Notes under the pieces: model-generated
What the model saw: the letters and a program-made list of their open reading frames with translations, nothing else
The model's database searches: none
Told to the model about the DNA's origin: nothing
Position numbers and translations under genes: made by a program
Part shown: piece by piece, positions 17,673 through 26,400 of the stretch
How the letters are laid out: every line of letters begins with the position of its first letter
Position numbering within the stretch: the first letter of the stretch is position 1
Virus record (IMG/VR): IMGVR_UViG_3300028802_000019
Coordinates: 1 to 55,236 of that record
DNA: 55,236 nt
Strand: one strand, 5' to 3'
DNA from: a virus
Taxonomy: Duplodnaviria > Caudoviricetes

Positions 17673-17876
17673 TCAGGGCGACCGGTAGTCCTGTACCGGC
17701 TGGGGCTGGGTGCCGTCGCCCTCGGAGATCGGCTCGGCCGGGGGACCGGTGGGGGAGACAGCGTTGCCCATCTCCTTGGCCAACCGCTCCTGGACTAGCG
17801 CCGGGGACTCCACTTCCTCCTCGTCCTCGTCAACCTCTTCGACATCATCGATGTCCTTGTCGTCGGCCTCGGCCAT
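17673..17876 (-). CDS. Small acidic protein
   Basis: AAGGAG RBS; D/E-rich N-terminus. Confidence 0.65.
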   Translation of the reverse strand: MAEADDKDIDDVEEVDEDEEEVESPALVQERLAKEMGNAVSPTGPPAEPISEGDGTQPQPVQDYRSP

Positions 17877-17918
17877 GGTGGCTCCTTATCTCAGGTATGC
17901 AGGGTCGTTAGCACGGTA

Positions 17919-18185
17919 TCACTCAGGCTCTAAGCGCCTGGGCTGTTGCTCCACCTCGGTCGTTGGTCGCTGGAGCCGCCAGTTGAAGACGTTCTCGATG
18001 GGGAGTACCCCCACCATCACCATCCCGACAGCGAGTTGGCCGAGGCGCTCCTCCGGGTTGACGAGAGCGTTGCCGATCACCCAACAGCCGAGGCCGAAGA
18101 CAACGAAGCGACGAACGAACGTGAAGACAACCTCGATGATCGTCGTCAGCCGTTGAGCAGGCTCGTCCACGTCTTCTGCCCGCAC
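17919..18185 (-). CDS. Putative holin (2 TM segments)
   Basis: Two hydrophobic segments directly downstream of the endolysin; start uncertain. Confidence 0.55.
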   Translation of the reverse strand: MRAEDVDEPAQRLTTIIEVVFTFVRRFVVFGLGCWVIGNALVNPEERLGQLAVGMVMVGVLPIENVFNWRLQRPTTEVEQQPRRLEPE

Positions 18186-19885
18186 TGGCCGTCAGCAGTC
18201 AGACCCTTGGACGACTGGAAGGACTTCAACGCCGACTCGGTACCACTACCGAACACACCGTCGAAGTTGGCCCGGTTGGAGGGGTCCATCTTCCCGTTGG
18301 CCGAGAGCATGCGCTGCATGCGCTGCACATCCATGCCCGTGCTGCCCTTGACGAGGTTGGGGATGCCGTTGCCAGCCTCCATGAACCAGTCCCAGCAGTC
18401 GCGATCGCACACGCCGTCCTGGGTGGCTCCCTTCGTGGCGAGGAAGCGGTTGAGCGCACCCTCGGTACCCGAGCCGAAGATGCCGTCGAAGTTCCCCATG
18501 TTGTTCGGGTCCATCTGGCCCGACAGGGCGAGGAAGTGCTGACAGCGCTTGACCGGCACGCCCTGGTTGCCCTTCTTCAGCACGGGCATCTTGTTCATCA
18601 GGTCAGTGACCCAGTTGGTGGTCGGCGGCGGCGTCGTAGTCGGCGGCGGCGTCGTGGTGGGAGGGGGTGTCGTGGTGGGAGGCGCTCCTGGGATCACCCA
18701 CTTCGTCGGCGGCTTCGACCCTTCCTTGATCCACTGACTGACGCTGTGCGGGAACTCGGTGAACTGGAAGTGCCACACCTCGCCGCCCCACGTGGCCTGC
18801 TCCAACCCGTACGCCTCGCAGTTGGCAGCCGCCCACTTCAGGTCACCGACCGCATCGACCGCAGCGGACCAGCCCTGGACGATGTTCTCGTGGAACGAGC
18901 GCAGCGGCGGCGCAGCGTGGGCCGCGCCCTTCTTCAACTGGTAGCGCTTGCCTTGGTAGATGCAGCAGCCCCCCGAGGTCACGACGTAGTGACGGTCGAG
19001 GAACACCGCCTGCTGCTGGGCCGTGGAGCGACCGGCCCCACCGATGCCGAGCTTGCCCTCGGAGGCGATCATCAACGCCTTCCAGCGATTCTTGTACTCG
19101 GGGTGGAGCATCTTCACCGAGGCGCGGGCGAAGACCTCTTCGATGGTCTTCTGTGTTGGCGGGCTGTTGTATCCGTCTGGATAGGTCGTTGCCACTGTCG
19201 TCTCCTTGTTCCAGGTGGTGAACCAGTTACCGAGGACAGCGGGGTCACCCCGGTAGGCGTTCATGTCGAGTTGCTTGTTGCCCCAGGTGACCTGGCAGGA
19301 GAACTGCAAGAGCACCGGGGTCAAACCCCCGTATGCCCTCCAATCAGCGCTGGCGTCGCCACCTCGGGCGGCGTACACCGAGGTCATGGAGCCGGTGGGC
19401 CAGGGCTTGGCTCCGTACTCCGCCGCAACGAGGTCGAAGCCCGCCCCCGCCATCGTGGGGCTGCCCTGCGCTGACCAGTACCAGTCGGGTGCGTAGAGCA
19501 GTGCCACCTTGTGGCCGAGGTTGCGGATGGCGTTGGCGACAGCGGTCACGTCGGACCACGCTGGCTCCTGCGGCCCGCCATCGGGGTGGCAGTTGTCGTT
19601 GGTGTCCGACTCCCAGTCGATCATGCAGTTGATCTTGGAGTCGTTGCCGACTGCCTTGTGGAAGGTTTCGGCCTGGGCCGAGGCCGGGTGCGTCTTCGTG
19701 GGGTAGACGTAGTGGTAGGCAACGACCGGGACGTTGTGTTGACGGCACCAGTTGATAGGACCGACCGCGGTCAGGTCCACCATCTGACCGATGGAGGCGC
19801 GACAGATCCCGAACCCGATGCCGTGCGGATCAGGAGGGACCAGCCCCTGCTGATACTGCGAGACATCGGGGCCGAAGAGCGTCAT
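18146..19885 (-). CDS. Endolysin: GH25 muramidase + M15-like Zn peptidase + PT linker + two PG-binding domains
   Basis: DVSQYQ...IDWE...DMN (GH25); SFHE..AVD..EVWH (M15/VanY-like); (PPTTT)n linker; DGIFGSGTE and DGVFGSGTE..FQ (PG_binding_1). Confidence 0.9.
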   Translation of the reverse strand: MTLFGPDVSQYQQGLVPPDPHGIGFGICRASIGQMVDLTAVGPINWCRQHNVPVVAYHYVYPTKTHPASAQAETFHKAVGNDSKINCMIDWESDTNDNCHPDGGPQEPAWSDVTAVANAIRNLGHKVALLYAPDWYWSAQGSPTMAGAGFDLVAAEYGAKPWPTGSMTSVYAARGGDASADWRAYGGLTPVLLQFSCQVTWGNKQLDMNAYRGDPAVLGNWFTTWNKETTVATTYPDGYNSPPTQKTIEEVFARASVKMLHPEYKNRWKALMIASEGKLGIGGAGRSTAQQQAVFLDRHYVVTSGGCCIYQGKRYQLKKGAAHAAPPLRSFHENIVQGWSAAVDAVGDLKWAAANCEAYGLEQATWGGEVWHFQFTEFPHSVSQWIKEGSKPPTKWVIPGAPPTTTPPPTTTPPPTTTPPPTTNWVTDLMNKMPVLKKGNQGVPVKRCQHFLALSGQMDPNNMGNFDGIFGSGTEGALNRFLATKGATQDGVCDRDCWDWFMEAGNGIPNLVKGSTGMDVQRMQRMLSANGKMDPSNRANFDGVFGSGTESALKSFQSSKGLTADGQCGQKTWTSLLNG

Positions 19886-20010
19886 CAGGCCTCGTCGGGT
19901 TCCTCGGGGTCGTAGGGATCCGTCACGTTCTCGTCAGAGGTCTCGCCCTCATCAATGGTCTCGTTGTCGTCGTCCTCTGGCTCCTGGTCGGGGTAGCCCG
20001 TGGCGCTCAT
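19885..20010 (-). CDS. 41-aa highly acidic peptide (not in ORF track)
   Basis: MSATGYPDQEPEDDDNETIDEGETSDENVTDPYDPEEPDEA; TGATG overlaps at both ends. Confidence 0.6.
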   Translation of the reverse strand: MSATGYPDQEPEDDDNETIDEGETSDENVTDPYDPEEPDEA

Positions 20011-20258
20011 CAGAAACTCCCTTGGTTGTAGGTGCCGTACGAATCGATGTCACGAGCGTGGGACGCTCGCGGACCGGGGAAGGGACCGACGCCAGCGCGT
20101 GTACGCCAGTCGTGGGGGAAGGGGAAGGGCTGCTGGAGGCCGCTGATGTTGGTGGGCGTCGGGCGCCCACCCATCCCCAACATGTGGGTGGCGTGCGTCA
20201 CCTGGAAGTGGCCGGTCGGATCCTGGGCGGGTCGATGGGCCTGCACTCGATACGTCAT
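20010..20258 (-). CDS. Small hypothetical protein
   Basis: GAGG RBS; in operon. Confidence 0.6.
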   Translation of the reverse strand: MTYRVQAHRPAQDPTGHFQVTHATHMLGMGGRPTPTNISGLQQPFPFPHDWRTRAGVGPFPGPRASHARDIDSYGTYNQGSF

Positions 20259-20270
20259 GTCGATACCTCT

Positions 20271-20453
20271 CTATGCCGGGAGTCGGCGGAACTCCTCCTG
20301 CTGGCGCAGGTTCTTGATCATGGGGGACGTCGGTGCGGGGATGCCCTGGCCGTACTTGGTGCGGTACTGGAGGTTGCGCACGACGCGCTTCTCCGGTTCC
20401 GCCGCCCAGTTGCGGGGCATCACGCGGTGACGCTTGGGGTGGAGTGGGATCAC
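20271..20453 (-). CDS. Small basic hypothetical protein
   Basis: GTGA overlap with the upstream gene. Confidence 0.55.
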   Translation of the reverse strand: MIPLHPKRHRVMPRNWAAEPEKRVVRNLQYRTKYGQGIPAPTSPMIKNLRQQEEFRRLPA

Positions 20454-20737
20454 GTCAGGCCCATACCGGGGCGAGTCATCGGGCGCGCCCGAGGCTGTGC
20501 CATCGAAGGCTGGGCTGGACGCATGGCGAACTTGCCGCCACCCATCACCGGGCCGAGAGCACTACCCGGCGAGCCGCCGTTGCGCGGCGGTGGAATCATG
20601 CCTCCGGGCTGACCGATGCCACCCTGGCCGACACGCGGCGTCTGCTTCCCCAAGCCACCGCCGAACGTGCCGCCCACGGTCGGCATGGGCAACGGCTTGG
20701 TCTGCTTGGACGGCATCGAGGACACGAAACCTGGCAT
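20450..20737 (-). CDS. Gly/Pro/Met-rich disordered protein
   Basis: GGAGG RBS; no Asp or Glu residues. Confidence 0.55.
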   Translation of the reverse strand: MPGFVSSMPSKQTKPLPMPTVGGTFGGGLGKQTPRVGQGGIGQPGGMIPPPRNGGSPGSALGPVMGGGKFAMRPAQPSMAQPRARPMTRPGMGLT

Positions 20738-20741
20738 GGGA

Positions 20742-21323
20742 CTACCTCCCTGGATAGGGCACTGTCATACCTGGGTTTGATCGTAGACCAGAGGCCCATG
20801 GTGGAGCTTGCTTCCTCAACACAGGGACGCGATCAGGGTTGCCTGCTTGGGCTGGCCCACCCCCGGTTGCATACCTGGACCCAATGGGGACACTACGCGG
20901 ACCCACCACTTGTCTGTCGGTGGGGTAACGCTCGTCAGGGAGGAACTCACCCATCCCTGGCGGGGAGAACTTCATGCCTTGGGACTGTGCTTGCAGGCCC
21001 GACCACAAGTTGAACTCGGGGGGCCAGAAGTAGTCCCGGTTGTCGATGCGCTCGCCCTTGTGGACGCCCCTCGTGTACGGACGGTTCTGGGTGCGCTGCT
21101 TCAGGCCATCCATCAACCGGTCGCCACGCCGGGAGGGAATGGTTCCAAGGTACCCGTCTGGGTACTGCGCCTCGGGCGTGCGCCGCCAGTACATGCGCAG
21201 GTTGTCGAGGTAATCGTGACCTCGGGGCTGTGGCCCGAACGTCTCGGCCACCCTGAACGGAGCATCGATCGACCCTGGGTAGTCCCTCGTTTGCCAGGAG
21301 TTGAACGACTGCTGCGCCATCAC
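20742..21323 (-). CDS. Hypothetical (putative virion) protein
   Basis: YPDGYLGTI..RGVHKGERID..YFWP core that looks conserved. Confidence 0.65.
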   Translation of the reverse strand: MMAQQSFNSWQTRDYPGSIDAPFRVAETFGPQPRGHDYLDNLRMYWRRTPEAQYPDGYLGTIPSRRGDRLMDGLKQRTQNRPYTRGVHKGERIDNRDYFWPPEFNLWSGLQAQSQGMKFSPPGMGEFLPDERYPTDRQVVGPRSVPIGSRYATGGGPAQAGNPDRVPVLRKQAPPWASGLRSNPGMTVPYPGR

Positions 21324-21574
21324 TACGAGGTTACGTCAGTAGGTACCTCGGGGTGGGGAACCTCTCCGTTGGACAGTGCCCTCATCTGTTGGGCGTCACC
21401 CTGAAGTTCTTGCACGATCGCCAGCAACTCCAGGTTCTCCCCGAGCAAGGCGGTGATGCGCTGGTTCATCTGCTCCTTGACGAACTGGCTCCGCTTGATG
21501 ATGCGGATGAGTTCTTCCTTGCTGAAGTCCTCCAACGACTGCTGCTGTGGTTGCTGCTGCTGCGTGTCACTCAT
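21323..21574 (-). CDS. Coiled-coil hypothetical protein
   Basis: Heptad pattern; AGGAG RBS. Confidence 0.65.
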   Translation of the reverse strand: MSDTQQQQPQQQSLEDFSKEELIRIIKRSQFVKEQMNQRITALLGENLELLAIVQELQGDAQQMRALSNGEVPHPEVPTDVTS

Positions 21575-21840
21575 GGTTGCTCCTGGTTGATGGCCTGAAC
21601 GGCTGCGAGAATCTGTTCGTCGGTGATCACGGCGGGGTCGTTGCCGGGGCGCTCGACGTTGTTGGCGAGGGCGTAGCTGTAGGCGTCAGCGAAGCCAGGC
21701 GCCGCCGCGATCCACCAGATGTGATCCTGTGCCCACTGCACCGGCTGATGGGTGTGCGGGATCTCGACGGCAGCGCAGGAGGCGATGCGATTGCGGAAGT
21801 CCACGTCCATGGACAGTTCGGCCTGGCCTGAATAGCTCAT
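21571..21840 (-). CDS. Small tail-associated hypothetical protein
   Basis: FRNRIASCAA..AAAPGFADAY..ITDEQILAAVQ, a type commonly found after actinophage tail fibres. Confidence 0.65.
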   Translation of the reverse strand: MSYSGQAELSMDVDFRNRIASCAAVEIPHTHQPVQWAQDHIWWIAAAPGFADAYSYALANNVERPGNDPAVITDEQILAAVQAINQEQP

Positions 21841-22526
21841 TGAACCCTCATCTTTGGTCTGGTCACGAGTGCAGCGGTCCCCATCAACGTCCAGGTGTTG
21901 CCCTGGGTGTCCACGAATGATGTCAGCCCTAGCGCCAGGCCGGTGACATTAGGTGATGCCACCTCTGTTCCAGCACCTTCGAAGCCGTTGTAGATCGAGG
22001 CGCGTCGGAAGTACATGGCTGGGCTACCGACCGTACCTCCGGTATGCCCGCCTATGACAATGGGTGCGTTGGAGTCGAACAGGGTGAAGCCGACGTTGTT
22101 GGTGGCCGTGCCGACCTGGGTCCACGATGGCGGATCAACGAGCGAGGTGTAGAGCCGTGCCACACCGTCGCTCTTGCGCCGGGTGAAGCGCACCCCGATG
22201 TTGGTGACGGCGGGGATCGATGACGTCGGAGCAGTGACCGGCGACGGCTGGTTGGTGCCGTCCGAGGACATGAACGTGTCCACCGTGGCCGTGCCCACTC
22301 GCAGCATCCAGCATCGGTTGGGGGTACCGGTCGAGAACTTGTTGATCATCGTCTGGTTGGAGGCACCGATGACATCGATCGCCCCGTACCAGTCGATGGT
22401 GAAGTCGTCGGGCGTCTCGACCCCAGGCTTGTCGGCGGTGGTCAGGTAGTTGCCGTTGCCCGACTGACGCATCTGCGTCTCGGATGCGGAGGCTGACGAG
22501 GCGATGATCCCGACCGGCCCTGGCAT
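21837..22526 (-). CDS. Concanavalin/LamG-like minor tail protein
   Basis: Beta-sandwich pattern DFTIDWY..WMLRV..IVIGG. Confidence 0.65.
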   Translation of the reverse strand: MPGPVGIIASSASASETQMRQSGNGNYLTTADKPGVETPDDFTIDWYGAIDVIGASNQTMINKFSTGTPNRCWMLRVGTATVDTFMSSDGTNQPSPVTAPTSSIPAVTNIGVRFTRRKSDGVARLYTSLVDPPSWTQVGTATNNVGFTLFDSNAPIVIGGHTGGTVGSPAMYFRRASIYNGFEGAGTEVASPNVTGLALGLTSFVDTQGNTWTLMGTAALVTRPKMRVQ

Positions 22527-23422
22527 CAGGCGAGGTCACCCGTCAGGAACCAGGTGTCAGGGGCAGCGGTCTTGATGAGCGACCCCATCGAACCCTGCGC
22601 ACGGAACCCAGCGGACGGGGTGGCGGTGAGGGAGACCCCACCAGTCGCCTGGACTGAGACCTTGCCCGTCCCCGACTGGACGAAGTCAACGCGGTACCCA
22701 ACAGGACAGGCCGTGGTCGAGTTGAGCGGGATGGTCACGGTGACCGCCGTCGATGATGTGAAGACGATGTTCTTGTTCTCATCGGTGAGGCTGATCGTGC
22801 GCGTCGTGTTGGGGTCGATGATGATGACCTGACGCAGCGGCGAGTACAGCGTGTCAGCGGTGGCCTGACTGATACCTGCGGTATCGGGGGGGACCACCCA
22901 GGTGCCGTCGTCGCGCAGGTACTTGGTGCTCGTCGCTGTCGTCGGCGGTGGCACCAGCCCTTTGAGCGTCGCCGTGAACGTGTCGAGCGTGGCGGTCAGT
23001 TGGGTGGGGGTACGTGACGCCCACGCCGAGCCGACTGACTGGATCACGTTGTTGGTGGTCGCCGTCAGCGCTGCGATGGCAGTCAGGTCAGCGTCGAGGG
23101 GCTGGGCACCGAGCGCAGTGAGCAGGTTGGCGACGGTCACATCGGTCGGTGCCGCCACGCCAGCCGTGTTGTTCATCTTCACCGTGTTGGCGGGCATCGT
23201 CGCCAACTTGACGTTGGTGATGGAGCCATCGGCCACCGACGCAGCGCTGGGAGTGACCCACTGCGTGTTGTAGTTGGTGGCGTCGATCTTGGAGAGGATC
23301 TGGTTGGCGGTACCACCGACCGGCACGCCCGGTCCCGCTGGCCCCGTTGATCCCGTCATCACGACGTCAACGAACGTCGGGACGCCTCCAACGATGGCGG
23401 TGCAGCGCTTGATGCTAGGCAT
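22526..23422 (-). CDS. Tail fibre protein
   Basis: GPAGPGVPVGGTANQILSK, ADGSITNVKLA, YLRDDGTW, C-terminal WFLTGDL. Confidence 0.75.
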   Translation of the reverse strand: MPSIKRCTAIVGGVPTFVDVVMTGSTGPAGPGVPVGGTANQILSKIDATNYNTQWVTPSAASVADGSITNVKLATMPANTVKMNNTAGVAAPTDVTVANLLTALGAQPLDADLTAIAALTATTNNVIQSVGSAWASRTPTQLTATLDTFTATLKGLVPPPTTATSTKYLRDDGTWVVPPDTAGISQATADTLYSPLRQVIIIDPNTTRTISLTDENKNIVFTSSTAVTVTIPLNSTTACPVGYRVDFVQSGTGKVSVQATGGVSLTATPSAGFRAQGSMGSLIKTAAPDTWFLTGDLA

Positions 23423-23424
23423 GG

Positions 23425-26400
23425 TCAGCCAAGGTGGTGGATCTCCAGTCGCCCGGTGTTGGCGTCCTCGGAAAGGTTGGCGAGGGTCATGTAGTTGGTC
23501 GTCCCATCAGCGGTGGACTTGTAGACAGCGATGCCCTTGTACGGAGCACCACTGACAAGATCCGCCGCCCATGTGGCCGGGAGGGTGATCGACACAGCGG
23601 CACCGTTCCAAGGCAGGTTGGCGTCGATGTCCGTCCCGTTGTACAGCGACGGAGCACCGGCAGGCACCGAGGTGTAGGTGTGCTCCCACAAGGTGACATC
23701 ACGATCCACGCCGTCGCCACCGTCCATGCGCTTCAGCCAAATCTTCCCCGACGTGATCGTCCGTCGCCCGCCGTAGTACAGAGTCGTGTTCGGCTTGGTG
23801 CCGTAGAACCAGCAGCCGGTGGCGTTGTATCCCGAGTTGGAGTAGTAGCCCTGAACCGGTCGGCTCGTGCCCATGGCATTCCAGGTGCCGCTGGCCCGCC
23901 AGTGGTTGGTGGACGAGGCCGTGATGTAGGTGGGCGAGGAGATCAGCGTGTATGCCGTGGCGTTGGTGTACGTGGAGTTACCAGCAGCATCAGCGGCGTA
24001 GACCCGGCAGTACACCGTGGTTCCAGCGGCATAGGTGCCGATGGTCCGGGCGGGAATGGCACCAGCACCTCGGGCCGTCCAGTTCAGTTCAACGGTCCAG
24101 GTGGAGTTGTTGATCGAACTGTCGATCCGGTACTGGGTGGTGCCAGCGTTGAGCGTGGCGTTGAGGACCATGGTGCCGTAGGTACCAGCGGGCTGGAAGC
24201 TGTTGATCGTCGGCGCTGTGGGTGGCGTGGTGTCGGGGGGAGCAGCGGTCGTGGCAGTGGTCGAGCGATACGGCGAGTAGAGCAAGCCGGTGTCCCGTGT
24301 CCGCACCTGGAACGTGTACAGAGTCGAGGCGGCGAGTCCGGTGAAGGTGTACGACAGCGCGGTGGTGAACCCCTTCGACGTAGAGCCGAGGAAGACCTCG
24401 TAGTCCTTGCGATCCGAAGAGGTAGAGGCGGGCCAGGTCGCCACAGCCGAGTCGTAATCGACGGAACTCATGGTGATGGAGGCTGGCTGCACGGGGGCAG
24501 CGTTGCCGCTGGTGATCGTGTCGTTGACGGTGGTTCCAAAGAGGCCGGTGGAACCCTTGGACCTGATGCCGAAGGTGGTCGTCTCGTTCTCGGTGATCCC
24601 CGACGCTGTGTACGACAGCGAGGATGTAGTCGTCGCCAGCACGCTGTTGACGTAGACCTCGTAGGTGTAGGTGCCGCCAGCAGGAGCAGTCCACGACACT
24701 GCCGAGTTCGTCGGCCCCGACGACGTGGCGTTCACCCCGGTGACATCGGCGGGCTTCGTCACGATGCTCACTGTTGACGAGTACGCACCACTACCTGCTG
24801 AGTTGGTGGCCCTGATGCGGTAGTAGTAGATGGTGTTGGCGGTGCGACCCGTGTCGGTGAACGTGGTGAGCGTCTTGTCAGTGGTGAGCACCACGGCAGG
24901 TGATGTCGGAGGCCAGGTCGTCCCGTTCTCCGAACGCTCCAAGGAGATGACGGTCAACGATTCGGAAGCAGCCCACTGCTGCCAGGAGAGCACCACCGAG
25001 GCACTGGTGGTGCCGTTGCTCACGGTGAGCGTCTTCACCGTTGGAGCTTGCAGTCCGAGCGGAGCGGTCTCGATCCACAGGTCACCGACAGCGACACCGT
25101 TGGCCACCGTGGGCTGCTGGTCACCGATCCAGATGTCAGCCGAGTTGGCACCATCGGTGGGGTGTACCTCCAGGATCTCCGGGTGGGTGTGCCCCTTGAT
25201 GGCGTAGGCAACGTCGCCCTCGGTTTGGGTGAGGTACAGGGGGTGCGGGTTCTCTGCCGCTTCGTGGAGAGCGACAGCCCCGAACAGTTCGTACCTGCCG
25301 TCATGGTCGTGGACGACGTCGGCGTAGAGAGTGTCCGCTCTCTCTTCTGTGAGATAGGTGGCCGCTGCCTCGTCTGCGTCGAGGTACTGCGAGTGCGGGT
25401 CGTTGTAGACCTGCCCCGCCGTTCCCAGAGTGACCGGCACCGTGTAGCCAGGCGGTGCCGTGGTGCCGTAGAAGAAGCTGATCAGGTTGGGCGCTGTCTC
25501 GGAGTCGAGCACGTTCCACTTGCCGTTGAAGCCGAGATCGACGTTGGCGATGTTGATGTGGCTGTTCGGCAGGATGGAGTGCCGTGAGTCCACCGTCAGT
25601 GTGACAACACCGGACGGATCCCATGACCAGGCGCTCACCGCCCACGGGTCTTGGATCTGGTGGTTGATGACCTGCTGACGGATCTCGGCCTGGTGGTTGT
25701 GGACCAGAGGTGCGTAGCGCACGACGGTGCCGTCAGCCTCGTACTCCTCCTTGAAGTACTGCGGGTGTGGATCAGCCGCTGCGATGTGGGCCAGGATCTG
25801 GTTCTTGACGAACGTCTCGGCCGAGAACGGGATGTACTGGAAGGTCATGTCGGCCAGCGTCAGGTCGGTGCCTGCATCATGAGCCGGGTTCGCAGGATTG
25901 AAGAGCGGGTCGATGGCGATGATCCAGTCGCCATTGGCAACCTCTACTTGGTCGTCAACGTCCACGTCGTAACGACCAGAGGCGTCGGCGTCGATGAAGT
26001 CGAGGAAGCCCGACGAGGAGCACACCCAGTACATGCCGTGGCGATAGACGGTGGGGCCAAGCTCCCAGTCCGGGTCAGGCTTGGTTCCCGTAGTCCGGTA
26101 TGCCGCAGCGTCGTACAGCCCGACGTAGAGGAGGTCACCGAGGAGCGACTCCATCTCCGCTCGGTTGGCGAAGTAGGAGGCGTGGAAGGTGTCGAGCATG
26201 TCGGCGTTGATGCCACTGTTGTCGGCGGTATGTCCCTGGTTGCCCTCGTGCCAGATCCGGTACGTCTTGTACTTGAAGAGGCTCGTCGCCGGGACGCCGG
26301 TCTCGACCAGCGAGAGCACCTGGACCCCCCCAACACCGGGGTTGCCAGCGATGTCGCTGTGCGGTGAGCCGCCCTTGTACCAGTAGAAGGCGGTGGGAGA

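Noticed and set aside
18615-18685. 15-bp tandem repeats in the lysin
   Set aside because: They encode an ordinary PPPTTT interdomain linker.
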